Program-made: the position numbers and the translations under genes | Source: Vicugna vicugna | Lineage: Eukaryota | DNA length: 64,000 bases | Direction: 5' to 3' | Assembly: GCA_013265495.1 (NCBI GenBank) | Contig: MU058221.1 | Location: 62,001 to 126,000, forward strand | Notes under the pieces: generated by a model | The model's database searches: none | What the model was told of the DNA's origin: nothing | Seen by the model: the letters and a program-made list of their open reading frames with translations, nothing else | Shown here: positions 40,822 to 51,215 of the stretch, piece after piece | Numbering within the stretch: position 1 is the stretch's first letter | How the letters are laid out: each line of letters starts with the position of its first letter

Positions 40822-41555
40822 CCCTCCTACGCTATTGATGGGGATGCAGTTTGGTGCAACCATTGTGGAAAATAGTATAGAGATTCCTCAAAAGACTAAA
40901 ATTAGACTTACCATATGACCCAGGAATCTCACTCCTGGGCATATATCCAGAGGGAACCCTGACTCAAAAAGACACCTGCACACCAATGTTCACAGCAGCA
41001 CTATTTACAATAGCCAAGACATAGAAACAGCCTAAATGTCCCTTGACAGATGACTGGATAAAGATACCATTGTGGTATATTTATACAATGGAATACTACT
41101 CAGCCTTCAAAACTGATAAAATAGTGCCATTTGCAGCAATATGGGTGGCCCTGGAGAATGTCATTCTAAGTGAATTAAGCCAGAAAGAGAAAGAAAAATA
41201 CCATGTGATATCACTCATATGTGGAATAATAATAAAAAAAAAGACAGATGAACTTATACATAAAACAGAAACAGGCTCACAGACAGAATATAGATTTCTG
41301 GTTCCCAGTGGGGAGGGGCGTGGGAAGGGATAAACTGGGAGTTCGAGATTTGCAGATACTGACTGGTATATATAAAATAGATAAACAAGTTTATACTGTA
41401 TAGCACAGGGACAGATATTCAAGATCTTGTAGTAACTCATGGTGGAAAAGAATATGAAAATGAATATATGTATATTCATGCATGACTGAAGAATTGTGCT
41501 GTGCACCAGAAATTAACACAACATTGTAAACTGACTAAAACTCAGTAGAAAAAAA
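40822..41555 (+). mobile_element. 5'-truncated young LINE-1
   Basis: ORF2 end and 3' UTR; 14-bp TSD aagagtaccctgaa (40808-40821) / aagagtgccctgaa (41556-41569). Confidence 0.95.
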
Positions 41556-42032
41556 AAGAGTGCCCTGAAGCTGCTGAGAACCTCACATCTGCTTCCAGAG
41601 TGTGACCCCTCCCATTCCTCTGCCTTCCAATCTCAAGTAAAAATCTCTCATTGCCTGATGCTGCCCTGGAATCATGGAGAGAAGGGAATTCTGGGAAAAG
41701 CCATTCCTGTAGCCTCCTTGCTAACGCAGGGAGTTTTTGGAAGCAGGCGATAATGCTGAGCTGACCACGGATAATGCAGCCTAGACTTTGGGGAGTTTTC
41801 AGTCAGTGAAACATGCATAGTAGTATTTCATGCATTTTACCATGAACTTCTCCCATCTGCTTCAAAAATAGTAAAAAAAAAAAAGTTTAATTTTTTTTTA
41901 AAGTAAGATAAAGCATGCTTACAAACAAGGTGAACATTTCCATGAACGAGATAGTAATGAACAGGGGCTGAAGCCATAAATCTATGGATCCAGGAATGGG
42001 CAGAGAGGGTTAGAGTTCTACTCCTATAAAAA

Positions 42033-42205
42033 TGTTATGGACTGAATGCTTGTGTTGCCCATATTCACGTGTCGAAGCCCCAGTCACCAAGGTGATTGTA
42101 TGAGGAGGTAAAATCTCTGGAGGTGATGAGGTTCAGTAGGGCCAGGAGGGTGGAGTCCTCATAATGGGATTAGCATCCCCACAAGAAGAGAAAGAAGATC
42201 AGAAC
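42033..42205 (+). mobile_element. MLT1A-like LTR 5' fragment
   Basis: 'tgttatggactgaatgcttgtg...gggtggagtcctcataatgggattag'. Confidence 0.7.
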
Positions 42206-42299
42206 TTACTGCGGAGAGGACACAAAGGGTCAAGATGTGGACAAGATAATTCTGAAACAAAGAATCTACCCCACAAGCTATACAGGCTCACTGAAAAGT

Positions 42300-43880
42300 A
42301 AGACAGCAAGTGAAGTCCTAAGATAATAACAGCCCAGAGATGGACAAACAGACCAATGGGATAGAATAAGAGCCCGGGAATGAACCCAAGTGTACGTGTG
42401 CCTTTGGTAAAAGTAGATGAGGCCTCATTAATCGCTGGGGTGAAGGCAGACTGCCTACAGAGTGGGGGTGAGACAACTTGACTTCCGTATGCAAATTCCA
42501 AAGCTGGAAAATACCACTGAGTATCCACCTAACACCGTTCAAAAAATGAATCCCAGACTGATTGAAAAATAACAGTATCTCTATGACACTGGAAAGGGAA
42601 GGAGCTCTTCTCCTCCCCAGTTCTACTGTGTAGAATTATTACAATCCGACTGCACACACGTTATATTGCATGTAAATACATAGAGACAGTATACTGCACA
42701 TTTTGTTGTTTTCATATATGTACTAATTATTGTTTCTAAGAACAGATTAGATCTTTAGCTTTTTAAACTTACATAGTTATCAAAGGAATAAAGCCAACCA
42801 CAAAATAAGGAACAACAGAATGCGGTGATCCAATCATAAAGGACAGTCACATGTGCTCACACATATTCAAGAAATCAACATAATAATTAGTTCATTTGTG
42901 TCCTTATTATTACTACTATTATTTTTTAGATTCTTCATATAAATAATGTCACGTGGCATTTTTCTTGGAAAGGGAAGGAACTCTTAAAACGATACAAAAA
43001 GCAGAAATCATAAAGGCTTAATTAATTTGACTAAATCAAAACTACAGTTTCAGTACAATAGAGGCCACTTTTTTGAGAGGACAATTGTCAGCTCCTTATA
43101 TTCACAGAAAAAGAACATAAATCGATGATTCACGTATGAAATTCTGGTAAGAGGAGACTGAAATATACAACAACAGTCCACTTCCATCTAACATTTCTCT
43201 GCAGTACACAAGCTGGAAATCTGGCACATTCCCCTTGGCTGGGATAAAGGAAAACAAGAGCTGTCAGACACTGCAAGTGGGAGTACAGTCTGAGGCAGCC
43301 ACTTTGGAGACGTGTTTCATAATCATTGTTGACAATCCAGACATTCCAACGGTAGGTTAACACCTCGAGTGAAGTCCTACACCTATGCTCTGGAAGAGAG
43401 CTCTGTTTGTGATCACAGAATGTTGGAAACATCTCAAATGTCCATTAGAAGAAAAACAGATAAGTATTGATGTATACATATGATAAAATACTATAGCACA
43501 ATTAAAATGACAATTATGTTTTTTATATATCAACAAAAATAATTTTTAACAATGTAATGTTGAGTAAGGAAAGTTGTGTAACACTATGTACCCTATGATA
43601 TCATTTCTACACAGTTTATAAAAAATTATATATTAGTTGTGTATGTCTGTATATGCTTACATTACAAATTCATGGAAGCCCCTGTTTCTGGAGAGGAAAG
43701 GAGGTGAATGAAATTGAGGAGGTAAGCAAAGGAGAGTTCAATTTTATTGTAATGTTTTATTTCTTTAAAAAGAAACTAAAGTAAATATGATAAAATATTG
43801 GCACTTACTTATTTTTGTTGTTGGGTACATTCATGTTTATTCTCTGTAATTCTTTTGTGTTTTTTCTCTGATTAAAAAGT
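42300..43880 (+). mobile_element. Old L1ME-type remnant, interrupted by a younger L1
   Basis: Degraded ORF2-end and 3' UTR motifs ('cagaccaatgggatagaataagagcccggg', 'ctcaaatgtccattaga'). Confidence 0.6.
42610..42965 (-). mobile_element. Very short LINE-1 3' end with an atypical terminal tail
   Basis: 20-bp TSD tggaaagggaagga(g/a)ctctt (42590-42609 / 42966-42985) at a TCTT|AA site; tail homologous to 50060-50360. Confidence 0.8.
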
Positions 43881-43883
43881 CAA

Positions 43884-43944
43884 AGTGTTAACGGCGCTTT
43901 TAGAATTTGTCTGGCAGGCTTTCTGACCTGTACCAGAAACCCCC
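43884..43944 (+). pseudogene. RNU7: U7 snRNA retrocopy, forming the 5' end of a chimeric retrocopy
   Basis: agtgttaacggcgcttttagaatttgtctggcaggctttctgacctgtaccagaaacccc aligns end to end with recalled mammalian U7; U7-type Sm site aatttgtct(a>g)g at 43904-43914; 3' hairpin tttctg/cagaaa. Confidence 0.9.
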
Positions 43945-44099
43945 CCACGCAGGTAATTTCCAACAGCTGAGTCATTCTGGTTCGGGTGACTTGGTCTCCA
44001 CCTGTGAAGCTGGTTGAGTGCGGGAGGTCTGACCTGGCTCCTGCCAGTCGAGAGTGGGGAGGCTGGGACTGTGTGGGAGGCCTCCAGCTTCAGGCTGAT

Positions 44100-45048
44100 C
44101 CAGCTTCCCCTGCACCCCAGGCCGCCACCTGAGCACTGAACAAGCCAAGCTGGTCCTGGCCAAGGTGACACAGGCGTTCTTGGCCCAGGAGAACACCGTG
44201 CACACGGATGAAGCTCAGGACAATGGGTGCAACTGAGACAGGCTGGGATCTGAGACCCGGAACCCTGTGCTGCAGTGCTTGCACCTGGTCAAATGTATCC
44301 TTGAGCAACAGATACAAAGAAACCGTAAAGGACTAAAAGTAAGTGCATGCATGCACTGTTGGGGCAAATTATGAACAAGATAGAAAAAAATAAAAATCCC
44401 AACTGCCACTTCTGAAGTGTTCGGTGCAAAAACAGGGTGCTGTACTGCGCATGATCCCTGGACACAGCATCACCAAGGGCGCAGGAAGACTACCGGAGCC
44501 ACCCCTTCAGCTGGACCCCCGGATCCGCCCCTCCTCTTACTCCCTCTAAGGCACCAGTCTGCCCCACGTCAGGGAGTGAACAAGGGAACCGGTTACTTGT
44601 TCTCACTCCCTGGTGCTACAGCGGGAGTCCTGGCGAAGCCTTGCCTGAGTTTCTCTGGCTTCTTACCAATTTCTGTTGATTAAGGAGTCTAAGAATCCTG
44701 ATGAGTAACACAACAACATGGGCAAGATGCTGCAATTCAAGCTGCCCATGGCCGTGCAGATGCAGCAGGAAGTTATCAAATCCTCTGACTTCAACCGTGA
44801 TGGGGAAGGTGTCCTTAAGATTGCCCGCTTGGTCAAATCTTAAAAAGCATAGGATCCTGAGATGGCCAGCCTGTCTAGGAAGCTAAAGGTTCTGTTCCTG
44901 TCACCCATGACCCTGCCACCCCACAGGGCTGCTCTGAGTGGCAGTGTGGTCGCCTCCTGAGGGCTGGCCCTCTGGTGACACTGCCAGGGAAGGGAAGAAC
45001 TTGGTGTTCTGGAGGATAATAAATGTGCCTGTGACTTAAAAAAAAAAA
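44100..45048 (+). pseudogene. C12orf57: Processed pseudogene of C12orf57 (GRCC10, protein C10), interrupted by an LTR
   Basis: Translation LSTEQAKLVLAKVTQAFLAQENTVHTDEAQDNGCN-[LTR]-NMGKMLQFKLPMAVQMQQEVIKSSDFNRDGEGVLKIARLVKS*KA*DPEMASLSRKLKVLFLSPMTLPPHRAALSGSVVAS* matches recalled C10; no introns; ATG lost; stops at 44841 and 44850; native TGA 44958-44960; AATAAA 45018-45023; poly(A) 45038-45048. Confidence 0.95.
44234..44710 (+). mobile_element. ERV1-type solo LTR inserted in the C12orf57 pseudogene
   Basis: TG...CA termini (tgagacagg...gagtaaca); perfect 4-bp TSD caac (44230-44233 / 44711-44714); removing it restores the C10 frame. Confidence 0.9.
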
Positions 45049-45867
45049 GTCAAAAAGTTATTTCCTTTTCTATCAGAACATATAAATCCATCAAAATGTT
45101 TCCTGTGTTTTAAGATGTACTGAGTCAAAGAAATAACACCAACCCTGAGGCTGGGTTACCTAGCCCCAGAGCTTCTTCAAAAAAAACAGCCACAGTGAAG
45201 CTGGTGACGCAGAGTCGGTCAGAGGCCTCTAGATCCTGTAAGAGCCAAGCCTGAATGCTACCAACCTGTCCACTTCAGCTACCTTTGGGGAGTCTTGTCC
45301 CCAGATCCTAACTACCTCACATGTTCACCATGGCCACGTCAACCAGTGGCAAAACCTAGGAAACTCTGATCAGGGATGCATACAGGAGAGCGCCAAGTGG
45401 TTCATAAAATTTGCAGCCATGCTAATTCTGAAATCAGAGCATACAGTCACCTGATCGAATTCGCTCAGAACCAGAATCAGTGAGGAGGGTTGTTTTTTTT
45501 CCCCCTCTAGCAAATGCTCAGCCCCAAGGGTTTGTTTGTTTTTTTTAACCTAATCTAGATGGTTCCCAAACTCTTTCTTTACTATATTCTAACCCTAATT
45601 ATACTGGCAGTTGTAATCTGGTTCTAATTAAGCAAAGTCAGTTCTCAAGGTGCAGATCTGTTCCAGACCAGCTTACTGAAGGAGCACAGAGGACACAATG
45701 GAGCAAGTAGTCAGTCATTCCCCAGAAATCAGAATAATGTAGAGACTGACGAATTAATATCCAAAATTTCAAACAAAAGATAAAATGGACCTCATGAGTT
45801 ATATAGATCAGATGGACTCTAGAAAATATTTGTGTCTATCAAGACAAAAATTTAAAAATATACATGA

Positions 45868-46060
45868 GGGAGGAGGGTATAACTCGGTGGTAGAGTGTAT
45901 GCTTAGCATGAATGAGGCCCTGGGTTCAATCCCCAGTACCTCCATTAATGATGATGATGATGATAATGATAATAATAATAATAATAATTTAAATATCCCC
46001 CAAAATTGGATACAATTTTAAATTAAAAAAAAATAAAGTTTATAAAAATACAAAAAAAAA
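45868..46060 (+). mobile_element. tRNA-Ala-derived SINE (vic-1 type) with (GAT)n/(AAT)n-expanded tail
   Basis: 'ggagggtataactcggtggtagagtgtatgcttagcatg...gggttcaatccccagtacctcca' plus AT-rich tail. Confidence 0.85.
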
Positions 46061-46089
46061 ATGAATGAGAAGTAATGTTCACATGAATT

Positions 46090-46255
46090 TCAGAATCAGG
46101 CAGGCCTTGAAGGCTAGCTCCACCCTCTATGAGAAACATGAAGTTGAAAATTTACTTAACTTCCCTGACTCTCAGTTTCCTTTTCTGTAAAATGAGGAAT
46201 TAGTACCTCCTTTACAGGATTTTTGTGAAGATTAAAGTGGTAATGAATGTAAAAA
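46090..46255 (+). mobile_element. MIR SINE
   Basis: Core 'ttacttaacttccctgactctcagtttccttttctgtaaaatgagg'. Confidence 0.7.
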
Positions 46256-49200
46256 GAACCAGATCAGATAAGGAACCAGATTATAGGAGGAAAACTCAAG
46301 GACTCATAATGACCAGACTGAAGGAAAAAAAAGTGTGGGAAACATTATCATTACATTCACACATTTAAAGGAGGAAAACTATGACTCAGGAATCCCACTT
46401 GCAGCAAGTTTGTCTTTTACGGCTCAGAGTAAAAGGACGACGTTGTCAGCTAAGCAAAGATCCAGAAAGCGCACAACTCAGCTCAATAACAGAGGAGCTG
46501 CTGGATTACGGTGCATCCTTGTTGTTAAATGTCTTGAAACCATTACAAATGTTTACGAAGTTTGTATTAACAAATGAAAATGTTTATATTGTAATATGAA
46601 GTTTAAAAGCTGGATATGAAATCCGAGTTGTAGCCCTAACTGCTGTGCAATTTAAGTAAATAGAAAAGAAGATTGGGAAAAGAAACCTCTCAAATCTAAT
46701 GCACATTTTCTCTGGGTATTGGACTCTTTTTCTCTATTTTCTAGCTTTTTAAATATACATCTATAAATTTATATATACATATAATACTTTTGTAATAAAA
46801 AATTTATAAAAAGATTTGAGCTAGTTCCATTATGTATAACAGTTTAGAGGTTAACCTCTCTCCTCTCTCCTCCAGGCTTTGCTTCACTATAGAATGTTAA
46901 AGGACGGAGAATGAAAGTCTGAAAATTGCACAGCATAAAATAACTTATAAGGATTTTTTTTAGAACATGAACTATGGTTTAATCCATTAGAGCTGTGGGA
47001 AAAAAAAACTATCTATGTGCTTCTAAGCGGTCACAAATGGCTTAGAGGCAGGACAGCTCCAGATAGAAAAGTGTGCCACGGATATCTCAGCTGGAGAGGA
47101 GGGTCCCTTATATAAAGACAGGAAACAAAGCTAGAGTGAAGAGGAATTAGAATCTGTCCCAGACCCTGGACAAAAAAAAAATTACATCTTAATGTACACA
47201 AATATTCTTAAAATAAATATGGCAATAATCCAAGCTGAAAAAGCATGTAGCTAAAGATGACATTTATCCAGAACAAAGATTTAAGTCTCATTACCAAAAA
47301 TGCTTCATGCAACCATCAAATAGAGAGCACAGATAATCCAAGTTGGGGGGCGTAAATGCCATCGACAAAACACCAAACGCAACATATACAGGGAAGCGTT
47401 CTGTCACGGAGAGCGAGTTCCTCACGGAACGCCAGTGAAAACAGCCTCACACACAAAGATGAAGGAGAGCGTCATCCCTTTTACATGGGGGGAGAAACGG
47501 TCTGGCCAAACGTTACCAGCACCTGTGCCCGTCTTGCACAGCCATCCTTGGATATTTAGAAATCCTGCAACTGCTGCAGAGGCTAGCCGTAGGTCAGTGA
47601 CCCTCCAAAGGCGTCCCATCCAGCGGGGCATTTCACCTTCCCAATGATGGGCCGCCTATGTGTGTGAGCTGTTCGTAAGTTTCACTCGTAGTCCTTTTGC
47701 TGTCTGTTGCTAGCCCAAAATTTGGGCTTTTTAGCTCTAATACCAGGGCAAATCAAAACACATTTTGATAAATGTTGCTTCTATAAAATGTTTATAGGCC
47801 TGTTACTGGTCTCAGTTCAATTTTGTCCCTGCTAATATAAAACTGGCACCAACAGGCCAAGCTGCTATCAAGCCCATGGAATACATTCACAGTTCAGTCT
47901 AGTGTGCGCGTCTGCCTCCAGGACTGCAGGACGACGGCTTCTCCCCAGTGGGCGCAGCACAGTCAGGCTGTTAGAGCTAGTTTCCAGCAGTTCTCAGTGT
48001 CCTGAAACTTCCATTCCAAGAGCAGCTACAGAGACTTAAAGAATGATTTGTATGCATTAAAAAAATCTAGGAATAATACTGTAAATTCATTTCTGTCAAA
48101 TAGTTATAATTTCCACACATCTGCATTCCTACTGAACTCAGGGGAGTTTGATAATGGAGAATATGTCCAGTGTGAATCAGAATGCTTTGACTTCCCTCGA
48201 TAAATGAGAGGTGCTCTTGACTTTTTCCCTTTGAAGTTTCAAGGTTAATGTGTTCAAATGTCTTGTCATTTCACCAAGGATTTAAAATTCTCCCAACCAT
48301 CCAGAAACCAATGAATATGTTCTCTTAGGGGTAACATTCTTTTCCCAAAATTTTGAATCTGAGAACAAAGTCCAGTAAACCTCCTCTGACTACATTAAAT
48401 AACATAAACTTTATCTGCTCCAACTTACTTAAGTATCTCTCAGAGTATAGTCCTGAAGAAAATTCAGCCTTGCTCAGTTTCTCTTTTTTATCATGTAACT
48501 GATACGAACATTCACAGGAGAAAATTTCCTAATAGGAGATGAATGGATGCTGGAGTCACCCACCGCCGTTAACATAAATGCAGATGACAGTTCTGTTTTC
48601 CATTATAATGGCCTATCTGGGACATGTGAACTGAATTATTCCAAGGTATTGTGTATATTGGTAAGTAGGGCAAAATGCAGTGGGTGTCACCCCAGGATCA
48701 AATAACACATTGACTGAAACTCACTGAGATACAGACTTAACCTTTTTGATTCTTGCTCATTCTTATAGGTCCCTGTGCTCTCATAGAAAGCGTGGGTCCC
48801 CGAAACTGAGGAAGAGAGAAAGGAGAAATTAAGGACTGTTTGCCAAGGCCCACAGTCAATGAGTGGGATTCTCCCTGTCCACCTGCTGCCAGGCTTAGTC
48901 AAGGCGAAGTTCGCCAGGCAACCTTTCCTTTCAACCCAAATTCTTACGATACTCCACTCTGGAAAACAAGACGTACACTCAGTGGATCACAAATCAGGAG
49001 AAAAAATTGCTAAAATATGGGATACAGGTAAGACTGGACTGAAGAAGAAAACCACAACCAAAGTGTACACAGGCAGCTGCAAAAGGCGAAGCAAAGACAA
49101 GGCGCAGCCTACGAGGAGGGGAGAGAGGGAGGGTCCAGGACTCACTAGCAGGGCTAGCGTCTAAGGGTTCACAGTAAGAGTCACCAACTGTGTGGAATCC

Positions 49201-49638
49201 TTCCTCTCCTTCCACCTTCCCATCTTCCCACTTTGTCTTACCTGGACTGATCTACTTAGATTAGGCAGCAGACAGCAGAGCTGTCTGCACTCAGAGATGA
49301 GCAATGAGCATGAGGGCTTGGAGGAAAAACAGACTTGCCATGCGCAGCTCACAACCCCTTGCAAGTATGAGGAGATCTCCTGCCTGAGTCTATCAAAGTA
49401 ACACACCTGGCAGCAGCTTATTTCTTCCTAGGCTCACTTAATCCACTCTAGAATACAGAGCAGCATGAAATGCGCCTGCTCCTACCTCTCACCTACCTCA
49501 TTCAGACTTGCCAACAATAATGCGTGCATAGCAGTTAACAAGGCAAAAGAAATACAGAAAGTTGCTCACAGTTACAAATCATTAAACCTCTGAGGAAAAC
49601 TAACACCATTAAGAGACACCAAACTCAAAGAATAGAAG

Positions 49639-50366
49639 AACTCTCCTACACTCTTGGTGGGAGTGTAGATTGGTGCAGCCACTATGGAGGACAGTATGGA
49701 GGTTCCTTAAAAAATTGCAAATTGACCTACCATATGATCCAACAATCCCACTCCTGGGCATATATCCAGAGAAGAATAAAATTCAAAAAGACACATGCAC
49801 CCCAATGTTCACAGCAGCACTATTTACAATAGCTAAGACCTGGAAACAACCCAAATGTCCACCCACAGATGACTCAGTAAAGAAGATGTGGTGCATATAT
49901 ACAATGGAACACTACTCAGTCATAAAAAAGAATAAAATAATATCATTTGCAGCAACATGGATGGACCTGAAGATTGTCATTCTAAGTAAAGTGGGCCAGA
50001 AAGAGAAAGAAAAATGCCATATGACATCATTTATATTAGAAATCTAAAATAATCATAATCATAAGGACACAAATGAACTACTTTTTATTTACAACTAAGA
50101 TGATTGTTTTCTTGAATATGTGTAAGCACATTTGTCCTTTATGATTACATTACCACATTCTGTTGATTCTAATTTTGCAGTTGGCTTTATTCCTTTGAAA
50201 ACCATGTAAATTTAAAAAGCTAAAGCTAATCGGTTCTTAGATACTTTGATCGGTACATATACGTAAACTAACAAAAAAGTGCAGTATATTGTATGTAGGT
50301 ATCTACATGCAACATAATGTGTATGTGCAAACTGTAATAATTCTACCTAATAAAACTGGAAAAGAA
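49639..50366 (+). mobile_element. 5'-truncated LINE-1 with an atypical 3' tail
   Basis: ORF 49670-50047 is the ORF2 C-terminus; AATAAA near 50349; perfect 12-bp TSD aaagaatagaag (49627-49638 / 50367-50378). Confidence 0.9.
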
Positions 50367-50429
50367 AAAGAATAGAAGTAATGAGGCAAGCAGAAAAACA
50401 GCCACAAATTTAAAAGGGACATGCTTAGA

Positions 50430-51092
50430 GACAATAATTGCAATGAATATGGCAAAGGCAGAGTATGCAGAATAAAGAACTCTAATAAATCAATGAGGAA
50501 AAGATAATCCAGTAGGAAAATGAGAAAAGATTTCAAAGAAGTAGTTTATAGAAATAAAAATATAAAAAGGGTTTAATCTCATTATTAATTGGAGAAATGC
50601 AAATTAAAATGAAATAGCACTTTTGCCTTCTGGATAAGTGCTTCTTAATATAAAATCATGGCAAGAATAGGGGGAAATAATTGCTCTTATGTAATAATCT
50701 AGCCACTTGGAGGGAAACTGAAGAGAATATATTAAATGAGAGTTCCAAAACAAAATGAGGTACATGCACACAACAGAATATTATTCAGCCTTAAAAAGGA
50801 AGGAAATTCTGACAAATGCTACAACGCAGATGAACACAGAAGACATTGTGACAAGTGAGATAAGCCAATAAAAAAGGACAAGTATTGCATGATTCTACCC
50901 AAATGAGGCACTTAAAGTATTCAAAGTCAGAGATAGAAAGTAGAATGATGGTGCCCTGCGGATTAGAATAGAGACAAATGGACTTAATGTTTAATGGGTA
51001 CAGAGTTTCAGTTCTGCAAGATGAAAAAATTTCCATGGGTGGATTATGGTGATGGTTGCACAGTATGTGAATGTACTTAATGCTACTGAACT
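50430..51092 (+). mobile_element. Old L1M 3' fragments (L1MA/MB-type end)
   Basis: 'tattattcagccttaaaaaggaaggaaattctgac...cagagtttcagttctgcaagatgaaaaa...gtacttaatgctactgaact'. Confidence 0.75.
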
Positions 51093-51215
51093 NNNNNNNN
51101 NNNNNNNNNNNNNNNNNNNNNNNNNNNNNNNNNNNNNNNNNNNNNNNNNNNNNNNNNNNNNNNNNNNNNNNNNNNNNNNNNNNNNNNNNNNNNNNNNNNN
51201 NNNNNNNNNNNNNNN
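51093..51215. other. Assembly gap (N run)
   Basis: Seen directly. Confidence 1.

Noticed and set aside
43884..43944. Functional U7 gene
   Set aside because: Upstream DNA is an L1ME tail with no evident PSE/DSE; the Sm site and antisense region are mutated; it lies inside the retrocopy TSD.
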